In this document: piece after piece, positions 41,742 through 51,208 of the stretch
Numbering within the stretch: position 1 is the first letter of the stretch
Layout of the letters: each line of letters begins with the position of its first letter
DNA from: a virus
Lineage: Duplodnaviria; Caudoviricetes
Strand: one strand, 5' to 3'
IMG/VR virus record: IMGVR_UViG_3300010356_002264
Length of the DNA: 64,000 nucleotides
Notes under the pieces: model-generated
Told to the model about the DNA's origin: nothing
Seen by the model: the letters and a program-made list of their open reading frames with translations, nothing else
Database searches by the model: none
Position numbers and translations under genes: made by a program

Positions 41742-43005
41742 CCTCCGCTTCATGGGGGGCCGCACGATCCCCCACTTGACCTACACGAACCTCTACCTGG
41801 GCGGACGCGACGCCTGGGTGCCCGACGAGGTGCGGCAGATCGACCAGTCGCTCCTGGCGGCGATGACCGACCCCGGCCTCACCAACGTGATGCGGCAGTA
41901 CTTCAAGAACGCCCCCATCACGACGCAGTTCGCCCCGTCGCGGGTGCTCGACGGGACCCCTCCCGCGACCTTCGGGCAGAAGGACGTCGAGGACCTGGTG
42001 CTCAAGCTGCACCGAGACAGCCAGCTCGCCAGGTTCCACCTGAACCTCGGCTCGACCCTGGTGAACCTCGTCCTGCCGCGCGGGTCCGTCCTCACGCTCG
42101 ACGAGGACGCCTCGGACATCCGGCGCGTCCTCCCGCGCGCGACCGAGCACGAGGAGGCCTCGAGCCTCTACGGGCTCGGGGGCTACCACGGGTCGGTGCA
42201 CCCGCGCCCCGGCGTGACCGTCTACTACGCGGTGAGCGTCTACTCGGAGCGGACCGCGGAGCGCGAGAACGGGATCGTGGCGTTCGACGCCCCGTGGAAG
42301 AACGTCGTCGCGACCCTGTACCACGAGCTGTGCGAGGCCCGAACGGACCCTGATGTTGGGGACGCGATACGCCTCGGTGACGACCCGGCGGCCCAACGGC
42401 TGCTCGGGTGGATCTCCGACCAGGGGGAAGAGGTGGGAGACTTCCCCGTCTTCGAGGCGGGACCCGACCTGTCCAGCGTGATGCGGGAGGTCCCGCTTGT
42501 CTCTGGCACGGGCACTGTGCCCGTGCAGATCATGTACTCGAACGCCCACCACGGTCCGGCCGGGCCGCTGGCGTACCTGTGCGACCTCCAGGCCCCTCGC
42601 GTCAACGTGCAGGTGCTCGCTCCGCCCCCGCCGCCAGAGCGGCTCGTGGTTCCTCCCGATGAGTTCTGGGAGGAGGCTGCGCGTCAGGCCGAGGACCCCG
42701 CTCCCCTGGAGGTCCCGGAGAGCGGACGGACCGAGCCGGTCGCCGAGGCATCTCCGTCGGAGACGAACGAGGGAACGAACGACGTGAAGTCCACCCTGGA
42801 CGCCTTGTCGCACGAGGAGGCCAAGTCGATGCTCGCCACGTGCGAGCAGACGACGCCTGGTGAGTCCCCGCAGAGCGAGCATGGCTCGGGTGTCACCACG
42901 CAACCCATGCTCATCGATCCGGAGGGCGCAGGCGCGCAGGACATCGATCCGGAGGTCGAGCCGGAGGTCGTCTCAGGGCCTGCGGTCTCAGGGGGCCTCG
43001 CGTAG
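41668..43005 (+). CDS. Phi-1/EXORDIUM-like bacterial-type domain protein with acidic tail
   Basis: L.F.GG.., GGYH, HELCEARTDPD, GEEVGD; AAGGAG SD. Confidence 0.55.
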   Translation: MPRPLNVAATLRGASYEFPPTPDHDLRFMGGRTIPHLTYTNLYLGGRDAWVPDEVRQIDQSLLAAMTDPGLTNVMRQYFKNAPITTQFAPSRVLDGTPPATFGQKDVEDLVLKLHRDSQLARFHLNLGSTLVNLVLPRGSVLTLDEDASDIRRVLPRATEHEEASSLYGLGGYHGSVHPRPGVTVYYAVSVYSERTAERENGIVAFDAPWKNVVATLYHELCEARTDPDVGDAIRLGDDPAAQRLLGWISDQGEEVGDFPVFEAGPDLSSVMREVPLVSGTGTVPVQIMYSNAHHGPAGPLAYLCDLQAPRVNVQVLAPPPPPERLVVPPDEFWEEAARQAEDPAPLEVPESGRTEPVAEASPSETNEGTNDVKSTLDALSHEEAKSMLATCEQTTPGESPQSEHGSGVTTQPMLIDPEGAGAQDIDPEVEPEVVSGPAVSGGLA

Positions 43006-43024
43006 GCGTACAGGTAGTCGTGCA

Positions 43025-43666
43025 TCACTTCTCCTCGTTCCACTCAACATAGTCCTCGGGGTCCAGGTCGCCACGGGCAATCGCCTCCTTGACGGCCGCG
43101 TGCGTGTCGGGGTTCGCCCCCACGACGAGGACCACGTGGGGGCTCGCGACGCCGCAGAGCACGGTGGCCAGGCGCTTGTGCGCCGAGTAGCTGCCGTGCA
43201 GCTTCCCAGACACCACGTCGGGGAGCAGGACGATCGAGGGGATCGCGTCGACCATCGCGTCGGCCACGCAGCGCGCGAGCCTCAGGTTGAACGCGTCCCC
43301 GTCGCTGGGATCCACCACGTCGCGTACCTGCGTCCCCGTCAGGGTCTCGAAGATCGAGTGCGAGTCCAGGCTCTTCGACCAGCTCTGGAACCAGGACGCG
43401 GCGCGCAGCGAGTCTCCGTTCGAGGGGCGCAAGGATAGTATGCAGCGCAGGTAGGGTGCGGCACCGCTCGGAACAGGCGCCTGGTAGGTCGTCCCGTTCT
43501 CCGTGAGGCGGGCACGCACGACGGGAGACTGGAGGGGTCCTTTCAGCGAGAGCAGGGCCTTCCGTATGAGGTCCACTCGCTCCGCGCAGTCGGCTCCAGT
43601 CACGAGGGTGAGGGGCTTCAGGTTCAAGCCCTGTCGGGGGAGGCCGTTGGCCGCGAGGAGGATCAT
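43025..43666 (-). CDS. hypothetical protein
   Basis: CAGCTCC 36 nt upstream. Confidence 0.6.
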   Translation of the reverse strand: MILLAANGLPRQGLNLKPLTLVTGADCAERVDLIRKALLSLKGPLQSPVVRARLTENGTTYQAPVPSGAAPYLRCILSLRPSNGDSLRAASWFQSWSKSLDSHSIFETLTGTQVRDVVDPSDGDAFNLRLARCVADAMVDAIPSIVLLPDVVSGKLHGSYSAHKRLATVLCGVASPHVVLVVGANPDTHAAVKEAIARGDLDPEDYVEWNEEK

Positions 43667-43703
43667 GCGTGGGAGTCGGCGACGCCGCTCCCTGCGGAGC
43701 TGA

Positions 43704-43892
43704 CTACTTGGGCGGGGCGGGCGGCGGGGTCGCGGGCACGAACGTGACCCGCTGGTTGAGCGCCTGCGCGCGTTCCTTGCACGCCCCGCAGGGCTTGATG
43801 CCGACCGCGCTCGTCACGCGGGCGATCGCGTTGCCGAGCGGCAGGGGTTGGTTGATGAAGGGAAGAGGGATGCGAAGGGGACGACGCGCCAT
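43704..43892 (-). CDS. small phage protein with GIKPCxxCxxR..LN motif
   Basis: AAGGAGG SD; motif seen in phage hypothetical proteins. Confidence 0.65.
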   Translation of the reverse strand: MARRPLRIPLPFINQPLPLGNAIARVTSAVGIKPCGACKERAQALNQRVTFVPATPPPAPPK

Positions 43893-43978
43893 GGGAACCT
43901 CCTTCAACGACCCTACGCCTTGCGAACGGATCCTCCAGCGTGCGGATCGAGTTCGGACCGCATCGGGTAGCAGAGCCC

Positions 43979-44245
43979 GTGAGCTTCGTCCTCTACCTGA
44001 TACGTAAACCCGCTCCGGTCGTGGAGGCCGCCCGGCTCCATGGTACGGGTGGGATCGACCTGGACGTACTCCGTCCACTCAGCGGCACATGGCCCACCAA
44101 CGTGATGCTCGTCCACCTGTCCAACTGCACCCGAGGAGGGTGTGCGACAGGATGCCCCGTGCGTACCGCGCAGGACGTCCTTGGGGACAACGTGCGGTCC
44201 GTGTCGATCGTCCGCGATCTGCCCGACGAGGAGTCTCCATGGTAG
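43979..44245 (+). CDS. small hypothetical protein
   Basis: GGGTA motif upstream; overlaps next start. Confidence 0.45.
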   Translation: MSFVLYLIRKPAPVVEAARLHGTGGIDLDVLRPLSGTWPTNVMLVHLSNCTRGGCATGCPVRTAQDVLGDNVRSVSIVRDLPDEESPW

Positions 44246-44742
44246 ACGCGCTAGTCATCGTCGGAGACAACATGATTGTCACCCCGACCCTTGGGCCTGC
44301 AACGATGCGGGCGGTCGTGACGGACCCCCCTTACGGGATCAGCTACATGGGAGAGGAGTGGGACGACCCTCGCAAGGGGTCTGACGACACCCTGCACCCA
44401 GGACGGCGGTTCCAGGTGTGGTGCGAGCGCTGGATGCGGGAGTGCCTCCGGCTTCTTCGTCCTGGGGGCCGGATGGCGTGCTTTGCGGCGGCGCGACAGG
44501 TTCACCGAGTCCGTCAGGCCGTGGTGGTCTCGGGGTTCTGTGAGGTAGAGGTCCACGGGTGGCTCTACCTCACGGGACATCCGAAGTTCCTCGACCTACT
44601 ACGGGAGGTCGAACGTCGGTGGGGTCGAGAGGAGGCCGATCGGCTACGTCGGCAACGACACACCGCCCTAAAGCCTGCCTGGGAGCCCGTCATCGTTGGT
44701 CGCAAGCCCCTCGGGCTCGCACACGACCCCGTAGAAGTCTGA
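44239..44742 (+). CDS. N4/N6 DNA methyltransferase N-terminal (catalytic DPPY) half
   Basis: AVVTDPPYGI..M...WD, ECLRLLRPGG, WLY.TG.PK, TALKPAWEPVIVGRKP; no FxGxG. Confidence 0.75.
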   Translation: MVDALVIVGDNMIVTPTLGPATMRAVVTDPPYGISYMGEEWDDPRKGSDDTLHPGRRFQVWCERWMRECLRLLRPGGRMACFAAARQVHRVRQAVVVSGFCEVEVHGWLYLTGHPKFLDLLREVERRWGREEADRLRRQRHTALKPAWEPVIVGRKPLGLAHDPVEV

Positions 44743-45099
44743 CTTGTAGACCACCTGACGGACAAACGGCGGGGACACGGCCGCGATGACTCCGTAGCTT
44801 ATCGCGCCGATCTCCCTTCCCTGCTCCCTCTCCAGGTACGCTTTGAGTCCCTTCCCCTCTGCCTCAAGGGAGGCTGTCCAGACCACGAAGTCGACGCACT
44901 GCTTGGCTAGCGGCGTAACAAGGGCCGTGCGCTCCTCTATCGGCCTGGAGCGAAGTACCAGATGGATCTCCCACCACATACGCTCCTGCCAACCGGAATG
45001 CTCCCTGTACCGTCGAACGAGAGTGTCCAGGGCTGCCGTGAGCGGCTCGGACCTCATCTCCGTGACGATCAGCACCCCACGTGCGGGTAGGTCAACCAT
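44668..45099 (-). CDS. hypothetical protein
   Basis: CAGCTC 36 nt upstream. Confidence 0.5.
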   Translation of the reverse strand: MVDLPARGVLIVTEMRSEPLTAALDTLVRRYREHSGWQERMWWEIHLVLRSRPIEERTALVTPLAKQCVDFVVWTASLEAEGKGLKAYLEREQGREIGAISYGVIAAVSPPFVRQVVYKSDFYGVVCEPEGLATNDDGLPGRL

Positions 45100-45110
45100 G
45101 AGGATAGGAC

Positions 45111-45722
45111 GTGGAATCCCCGACGATCAGAGCTGAAGGCGCGGCAAAGCGTCCTGTGCGCCTCACGCGCAACGATCGCCGACTGCGCCGGCTGCGGCGC
45201 GTCCCCTTGGTCCGCCTGCTCGCTCGCCTCGGCTACGAGGTCGACCCGGACGGTGAGGACATCGAGCAACCCTTTCGATGCAACCTCCACGGGACGGGGC
45301 AGGACCACAAACCATCGGCCCGCACCTACCCAAAGTCCCCCCGGTGGCACTGCTTCGCGTGCTCGCGATCACGGGACATCGTCGACACGTTTCGAGAGCG
45401 CACGGGAGCGACGCTTGAGGGTGCGCTCGACCGGCTCGAAGAGCTGGCGGGCCTGCCCCCGATGTCGTTCGAGGAGCCGGACGAGGAGGCAGCCTCCCCA
45501 AGCTGGGGAGAGGACGACCCAGCCCCCACGGAGGACCCCATCACCATGCTCGACCGTCTCGCAAGGATGATGGCGCGGGCGAGGGCACTCCCCCTATCCA
45601 CGCTCCTGCATGCGTGGGAGCTCATCGACCACGCGCGCCAGGACCCTGAGTTCGCCGACAAGCTGCGCCCGCGCGTAGATGAGCTCAGGGAGAAGTTCGC
45701 GCGGTCTGCCCAGGGAGGGTAG
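45111..45722 (+). CDS. stand-alone CHC2 primase-type zinc-finger protein
   Basis: FRCNLHG..DHKPSA...WHCFAC...DIV; start uncertain. Confidence 0.75.
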   Translation: MESPTIRAEGAAKRPVRLTRNDRRLRRLRRVPLVRLLARLGYEVDPDGEDIEQPFRCNLHGTGQDHKPSARTYPKSPRWHCFACSRSRDIVDTFRERTGATLEGALDRLEELAGLPPMSFEEPDEEAASPSWGEDDPAPTEDPITMLDRLARMMARARALPLSTLLHAWELIDHARQDPEFADKLRPRVDELREKFARSAQGG

Positions 45723-45729
45723 TCAGCAC

Positions 45730-46086
45730 ATGGACATCCTGCACGCCAAGGTCCTCACGGCCCTGTCCCTGTACGACCCCATCCCCGGCACCCAGGTGCG
45801 CGCGGGCTTCCTGCCGGTCGGGGTTCAACAGACCGCGGACGGGTACGACCTCGACGAGGCGTTCCTGTTCGACCCGCTCGTCGAGACTGGATACCTACAA
45901 CGTCGGTACTTCATCGGGAACATGGACGACGAGGGCATGCGATCGTTCGGCCCGGAGATCCCCCCCTCGGAGGTCCACAGGACCGAGGCGGTCGAGGTGG
46001 GTTACTTCGCCACGGACAAGATCCCGCGGTTCGCCGTCGTGTCGGGGTCGAAGATCATCCCCGCCGGCCTATGGTTGTCCCTGTGA
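45730..46086 (+). CDS. hypothetical protein
   Basis: GGAGG SD. Confidence 0.6.
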   Translation: MDILHAKVLTALSLYDPIPGTQVRAGFLPVGVQQTADGYDLDEAFLFDPLVETGYLQRRYFIGNMDDEGMRSFGPEIPPSEVHRTEAVEVGYFATDKIPRFAVVSGSKIIPAGLWLSL

Positions 46087-46532
46087 TCCGTCCGCTCCTT
46101 CGGCTCGCGGCACGGAACCGTCACGGGGACGAAGTCCTGCTGGCGCGTCCGCTGCCGGGATCTATCGACCCCTGGGGTGATCTGGCGGTCCTGCGCGACA
46201 CTCCGTGGGGTCCGCTCATCCCGGAGGTGAGCGGGGAGGTGATGAGCCTCGCCGTTCATGGCTACCTCGAGCCGCTGCGCGCCGCCGGCCTGCGAGACCC
46301 GCGAGCCTGCCTGCGTGCGCTCGACCCTCCCGTCATGCGCTGTGCGCAGCAGTACTCATGCGTCGCACACAACCCCCGACACTGTCTCCCCTGCCTGAAG
46401 GTTCCCGACTGCTACGATCCTCCCGGGCTCTCCGAGGGGGCCAATCTGGCCGCGCGGGATGTCACCCTGTGCTGGCGGGAAGGGCGCTACGTGGTGGTCG
46501 TCGTCGGGGAGGAGTTCGTTCCGGGGCAGTAG
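46083..46532 (+). CDS. Cys-rich hypothetical protein
   Basis: Start overlaps upstream stop; Cys cluster. Confidence 0.55.
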   Translation: MIRPLLRLAARNRHGDEVLLARPLPGSIDPWGDLAVLRDTPWGPLIPEVSGEVMSLAVHGYLEPLRAAGLRDPRACLRALDPPVMRCAQQYSCVAHNPRHCLPCLKVPDCYDPPGLSEGANLAARDVTLCWREGRYVVVVVGEEFVPGQ

Positions 46533-47163
46533 GCCCCGTACTGCTCGATGATCTTGTGGAGACGCGCGTCGAGTTCGGATCGAATCGAATCGTGAGCCTT
46601 CCAGCCTCCCGCTCCATGCGAAGCAGGAGGTCGATCTCCTGAGCACGAGCTTCGGGAGTCACCTGGACGTACAGGCGCGCGGCCTTCGTCTCGTCAGCGC
46701 TGGGTAGCGCCCAGGACATCAGGCCCGCCAGGTAGGCGCGGTCGGTCCCAGACATCTCTCCGGGCGCGATCACGCAGCGGGCAGCTCTCTGGATCCAGTC
46801 GAGCACCACGCTGGTCACCTCGGTCAACCGCCCGATCCAGAAAGTTCCCTGCGGGACGTGGTGGCTCCCCGCAGGAACCGCAGGCAGGGGAGGTCCGTGA
46901 GGGACCCCACGAATGTAGTCCGCGAAGCGGTCTCCCAACCAGCCGGCGACGAAATCTTCCGGTACGTCGTGGATGGGAACTTCTGGGCACAGGAGAACCG
47001 CGTGCCCATCCTCCACGAGGGCCTGCACATCCTCCTCGTGGAGGACATGGTTGCGGGGCAGCCCGTGGGTGTGCAGGACCCCCCGCGAGTTGCGCGTGAT
47101 GAACGCGACCCGCCCGAAAGACTTGGGGTTTGGACGGTCCAGCAGTGCGACGACCTGGCTCAT
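46462..47163 (-). CDS. hypothetical protein
   Basis: CAGCTCC 36 nt upstream. Confidence 0.6.
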   Translation of the reverse strand: MSQVVALLDRPNPKSFGRVAFITRNSRGVLHTHGLPRNHVLHEEDVQALVEDGHAVLLCPEVPIHDVPEDFVAGWLGDRFADYIRGVPHGPPLPAVPAGSHHVPQGTFWIGRLTEVTSVVLDWIQRAARCVIAPGEMSGTDRAYLAGLMSWALPSADETKAARLYVQVTPEARAQEIDLLLRMEREAGRLTIRFDPNSTRVSTRSSSSTGPTAPERTPPRRRPPRSALPASTG

Positions 47164-47185
47164 ACCTCATGCTACTTCTGGACCG

Positions 47186-47199
47186 CAGCTCCGGAGCTG
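47186..47199. promoter_or_regulatory. palindromic double CAGCTCC element serving divergent genes
   Basis: CAGCTCCGGAGCTG; each half lies 36 nt from a start codon (47222 on +, 47163 on -). Confidence 0.75.
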
Positions 47200-47221
47200 A
47201 CTGGTCGGGGTAGAACCTCGT

Positions 47222-47800
47222 ATGGACGGTCTCTCCCCTCTTGCAGAACGTGCGCTCGCCCACATAAAGTCCACCCACACCAGCGTCGGGCACCTGATGG
47301 TGTACCGCAACTTCCAGCCCTACCCGGAAGTGCAGACGCAGTTCCTGCCTGTGATGGACGAGCTCACCGCGGCGGGCTACCTCACCCGTACGGTCTACCT
47401 GGTGGACCGCACGCGACCCGGTACGTTCGGCGAAGACTACGCGAACGTCACGCTGTCGGACGACGAGGCGGCGGAGGCGATCGCGTGTCAGCGGGACCGC
47501 AAGCCGTTCGTCAACCCCGACACGGGAGACGAGCGAGTACCAGGTCCCGAGGACATCTTCATGTTCTACTGCACGACCGCCAAGGTTCCCGTCCTCCCGC
47601 CGCCGCCGGACCCTAGGGGGGTCGAGATCCATGCTCGACTGTTGCGGGAGCGGAAGCAGGTACTGGCGGCGATCCGCGCGGAGGGAGACCCACTCGTCTA
47701 CCACGAGGCGCGACTTGCGGGTCGGGCCGAGGCGTTCAAGGAGGCCGCGGAGATCGTCGCGGCGGCCTACGGGTTCAAGCCGCCTGTCGAGCCGGCTTGA
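47222..47800 (+). CDS. hypothetical protein
   Basis: CAGCTCC 36 nt upstream. Confidence 0.65.
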   Translation: MDGLSPLAERALAHIKSTHTSVGHLMVYRNFQPYPEVQTQFLPVMDELTAAGYLTRTVYLVDRTRPGTFGEDYANVTLSDDEAAEAIACQRDRKPFVNPDTGDERVPGPEDIFMFYCTTAKVPVLPPPPDPRGVEIHARLLRERKQVLAAIRAEGDPLVYHEARLAGRAEAFKEAAEIVAAAYGFKPPVEPA

Positions 47801-48341
47801 ACTGGGCTAGCTCGCCCGCACCGGGGCGCTTCCACCCGACGATCTGCCCGCTGTCCACGTCGATGTCCATCTCGACGTAGTCGTCGTCCCCCGCGTGGCA
47901 GCAGGACAACGCGTAGCCGTCGTACTCTCCGATCACGCGGTCTTCCGCGTCGTACAGCGTGGCCAGGAACAGGTCGGAGCACTTTCCCTGGATGTTGATC
48001 CAGCGCGTGTTCTCGTTGCGGGGCACTCGTAGGTGGCCCTCTCGCTGACGGAACTTGTAGAGGTCCACAGGGTCGGGGCGCTTCCACCCGACGATCCGAC
48101 CCGTCTGGACGTCGATGTCAAACTCCAGGTAGTCGTTGTCGCCCTGGCAGAAGATCGAGGGCACTGAGCCCTCACGAGACCCTATCGCGCGCCCCTGCTC
48201 GTCGAGCAGTTGGCCGAAGAACAGGCCCGTCACCTTCGCCGACATGTGCAGCGTCTTGGGGGTGGGCTTCCGAGCCCGCCGCGCGCGCTTGGGGGTGTCG
48301 GACAGAGTGCCGGTCGTGGCCGTGGTGATTGTTCTTGGCAT
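47775..48341 (-). CDS. hypothetical protein with tandem duplicated domain
   Basis: Two copies of K...LF...L.D....IG...G...DY.E.DIDV..G.IVGWKRP; CAGCTC 36 nt upstream. Confidence 0.7.
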   Translation of the reverse strand: MPRTITTATTGTLSDTPKRARRARKPTPKTLHMSAKVTGLFFGQLLDEQGRAIGSREGSVPSIFCQGDNDYLEFDIDVQTGRIVGWKRPDPVDLYKFRQREGHLRVPRNENTRWINIQGKCSDLFLATLYDAEDRVIGEYDGYALSCCHAGDDDYVEMDIDVDSGQIVGWKRPGAGELAQFKPARQAA

Positions 48342-48417
48342 ATGTTCTCGTCGAGACTCCGACGAGAAATAGAGCTGACAATCGACGCAAAGGATGGCTT
48401 TTCGGGTAGTAGACCGC

Positions 48418-51156
48418 ATGAGCCTAGCCGACCTGTTTGATACGAATCCGAACCAACCGATCGCCGTGGTCCCCGCGTGGGCCAAGGAGTGCGAGTTCAT
48501 CCTCCTGACCGCTGAGACGCTGCCCGCCTTCGTCGACGAGTGCATCGCGAGCGGGGAGTACGGGCTCGACTCCGAGACGACGGGCCTCGACAAGCGGGTG
48601 CGCAACGGCCGCACGATGGACAAGATCGTCGGGCTGTCGTTGTCTCCGGACGGCAAGCGCGCGGGTTACGTGCCGATCCGACACCAGGAGGGGTCCGAGC
48701 ACAACGTGCCCTGGAGCGTGGTGTCCAGGGAGCTCCACCGTCTCCAGGTGGCGATGGAGCAGAAGCAAACCACGTGCGACTTCTTCAACGGGGCATTCGA
48801 CGGAGAGATGTTGGAGTTCTGCGGCGACGAGCAGCCCTGGAACCCGATGGAAGACGTGGCCACCTGGCGAGACGGGCTCATGCTCGCCTACCTCTCCAAC
48901 CCGGCGCGGAAGAAGATCGGCCTCAAGACCCTCGCCAAGGAGGACCTCAAGCTGGAGGTGATCGACCTGGTGAGCCTCTTCCCGCCGGGCACCACGCAGA
49001 TCGACTTCTCGCTCCTGAACCCCGCACGTCTGGACGTGCTCGCCTACGGGTGCATCGACGCGATCCTGCATCGCCGGATCGCTCGTCACTTCGAGCCCAA
49101 GGCTCGACAGCCCGCCGAGGGGCATCCGCAGTACCGGCAGGACGCGGTCATTCGCATCGAGCAGCTATGCCTGCTGGCGACCCGCTGGATGGTGCGCAAC
49201 CGCGTGGGGATCGACCGCCAGCGTGCCCGGGAGCTCATCGAGCTTGGACAGCGGGAGTGGGTGGAGGCCGTGCGGTCCTTCTACGAGGAGGCGAGCACGA
49301 TCCTCGGGCGCAACGTCGCGCCAGGGGCTTTCCGGCTGCTCTTCGAGAACTTCAAGCCCGACGTCAGCAAGACCTTCGACGAGATGCTGGCGGAGCGCAG
49401 GAACCTCGCGGCCAACCTGTATGGACCCGACCCGACCGAGCTCATCGTCAAGGGGACGCAGGAGTTCCCGGCGGTGTGCGAGATGACCTCCCCCGCGCAG
49501 CTTGGCGACCTGCTCACCGAGCTGGGCGTGCCTGGCCTGCGGATGACCGAGAAGGAGACCCAGGTCGACACCAGCAAGGAGGAGATCGAGCGGATCGCCG
49601 AGGAGTACGGCGACAAGTTCCCGTTCGTCAAGAAGGTCCGCAAGGCACGGCAGGCCGCCGCCGCGCTCACCAACTGGCTCCTGCCTCTCTACGACGAGTG
49701 CGACGAGGATGAGACGGCCGCCTTCCCGTTCAAGCAGTACGGGACGGAGACGGGACGTTTTGCCTCGCCTCAGGACAAGAACCTGCCCAAGGGCTGGCCG
49801 AAGATGAACTTCCAGAACATCTCGACGCCCCGCAAGGACCGGCCCGAGTGCATGAACCGCACGCGCGAGTGCATCCGGGCGCGCAACCCCGAGGGGGTCA
49901 CGCCCGCGAAGCGTCGCTACATCGTGAGCGTCGACATGTCGGGCGTCGAGCTCCGCATCGTGACCAACCTGTCGCGCGAGCCCAAGTGGGTCGAGGCGTT
50001 CTTCACCTGCGCAGAGTGCGGGATGCAGTTCTCTCGCGGAGATGGAGTCGAAACCCCCGACCCCCCTCCACCGCGCTGCCCCAAGTGCGGGTCCGACCGC
50101 ATTGGGGACCTCCACGCCTCCACGGCGATTGAGGTGCTCGGAGCCCGCCAGAGCGACGCCGACTGGAAGGACAAGCGAGGCAAGGGCAAGATCCTGAACT
50201 TCGCCCTCTGCTACGGGGGCGGGGGGGACGCGGCGGCCCGCGCGATGGGGACCGCAGACAAGAACGAGGGCTGGCGGATCAAGAAGAAGTTCGACGAGAA
50301 GTACTCGGGCCTGCGCGCCTGGTGGGACTACGTCCGCGACCTAGCTCGCCAGGTGGGTGGAGTTTTCTCCGCGCTGGGTCGCTGGATCCCCACGCCGGGC
50401 ATCCACGACAAGAACGGCTACATCCGGTCGACCGCTGAACGCAACGCCCTCAACGGGCCGGTCCAGGCGACCTCGGCCGACCTCACCAAGCTCGCGATGG
50501 GCCTGGTGTACAAGGACTTCAGGCGTCGCGGGTGGCTAGAACGCGCGCCGCTCATCGCCTGCATGCACGACGAGCTCGTGTTCGAGATGGAGGCCGAGAT
50601 CATGGAGGAGGCGATCGACGTGATCGTCGACCTCATGGCTCGCAACGGCATCGTGGTGAAGCTCAAGTGGCTCGTCCCCCTCACCTGCGACATGGAGATC
50701 GGCACGAACTGGTCGGTCCCCTGGAACCTCACCGAGATGCGCGCGGGAGAGGTCCGGTTCGTTGGCGACAAGAAGTACAAGAAGCGCGAGGACGCCGAGA
50801 AGGACGGGCACCGGTGGGAGGACCTCCCGAGCTTCCCCGAGTGCCTGCGGCCGTTCTTCAAGCGCCAGACGCTGGGGTACGAGGTCAAGGGGCACGAAGA
50901 GAAGTCTGCGCCTCCCAAGTCGGTCCAGGTGGCCTGCCTCGTGCTGGAGGTTCCAGCGCTCTCGGAGATTTGGGCCGAGCGGGTGGCCTCCATGATCGTC
51001 GCGTGTACAGGCAGCGGGGACGTCCTCCTGCGCGTCGAGTCGGGGGGCGTCACGCTGGGGATCCTGGACGCCCAGGACGCCCCGATCAAGACGAGCCGCG
51101 AAGTCGCTGAACGCACCGCACGCGCCTACGGGATGACCCTACGGAACCAGGAGTAA
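48418..51156 (+). CDS. polA: family A DNA polymerase with 3'-5' exonuclease
   Basis: Exo motifs LDSETTG, FNGAFD, YGCID; TETGRFAS, NFQNI, motif A DMSGVELR, motif B RGKGKILNFALCYG, NGPVQAT.AD, motif C MHDEL. Confidence 0.95.
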   Translation: MSLADLFDTNPNQPIAVVPAWAKECEFILLTAETLPAFVDECIASGEYGLDSETTGLDKRVRNGRTMDKIVGLSLSPDGKRAGYVPIRHQEGSEHNVPWSVVSRELHRLQVAMEQKQTTCDFFNGAFDGEMLEFCGDEQPWNPMEDVATWRDGLMLAYLSNPARKKIGLKTLAKEDLKLEVIDLVSLFPPGTTQIDFSLLNPARLDVLAYGCIDAILHRRIARHFEPKARQPAEGHPQYRQDAVIRIEQLCLLATRWMVRNRVGIDRQRARELIELGQREWVEAVRSFYEEASTILGRNVAPGAFRLLFENFKPDVSKTFDEMLAERRNLAANLYGPDPTELIVKGTQEFPAVCEMTSPAQLGDLLTELGVPGLRMTEKETQVDTSKEEIERIAEEYGDKFPFVKKVRKARQAAAALTNWLLPLYDECDEDETAAFPFKQYGTETGRFASPQDKNLPKGWPKMNFQNISTPRKDRPECMNRTRECIRARNPEGVTPAKRRYIVSVDMSGVELRIVTNLSREPKWVEAFFTCAECGMQFSRGDGVETPDPPPPRCPKCGSDRIGDLHASTAIEVLGARQSDADWKDKRGKGKILNFALCYGGGGDAAARAMGTADKNEGWRIKKKFDEKYSGLRAWWDYVRDLARQVGGVFSALGRWIPTPGIHDKNGYIRSTAERNALNGPVQATSADLTKLAMGLVYKDFRRRGWLERAPLIACMHDELVFEMEAEIMEEAIDVIVDLMARNGIVVKLKWLVPLTCDMEIGTNWSVPWNLTEMRAGEVRFVGDKKYKKREDAEKDGHRWEDLPSFPECLRPFFKRQTLGYEVKGHEEKSAPPKSVQVACLVLEVPALSEIWAERVASMIVACTGSGDVLLRVESGGVTLGILDAQDAPIKTSREVAERTARAYGMTLRNQE

Positions 51157-51208
51157 CCGGGAACATCGAGGGCTGCACGCGTTTTTGCTCGCGTGCTACG
51201 AACCAGAC

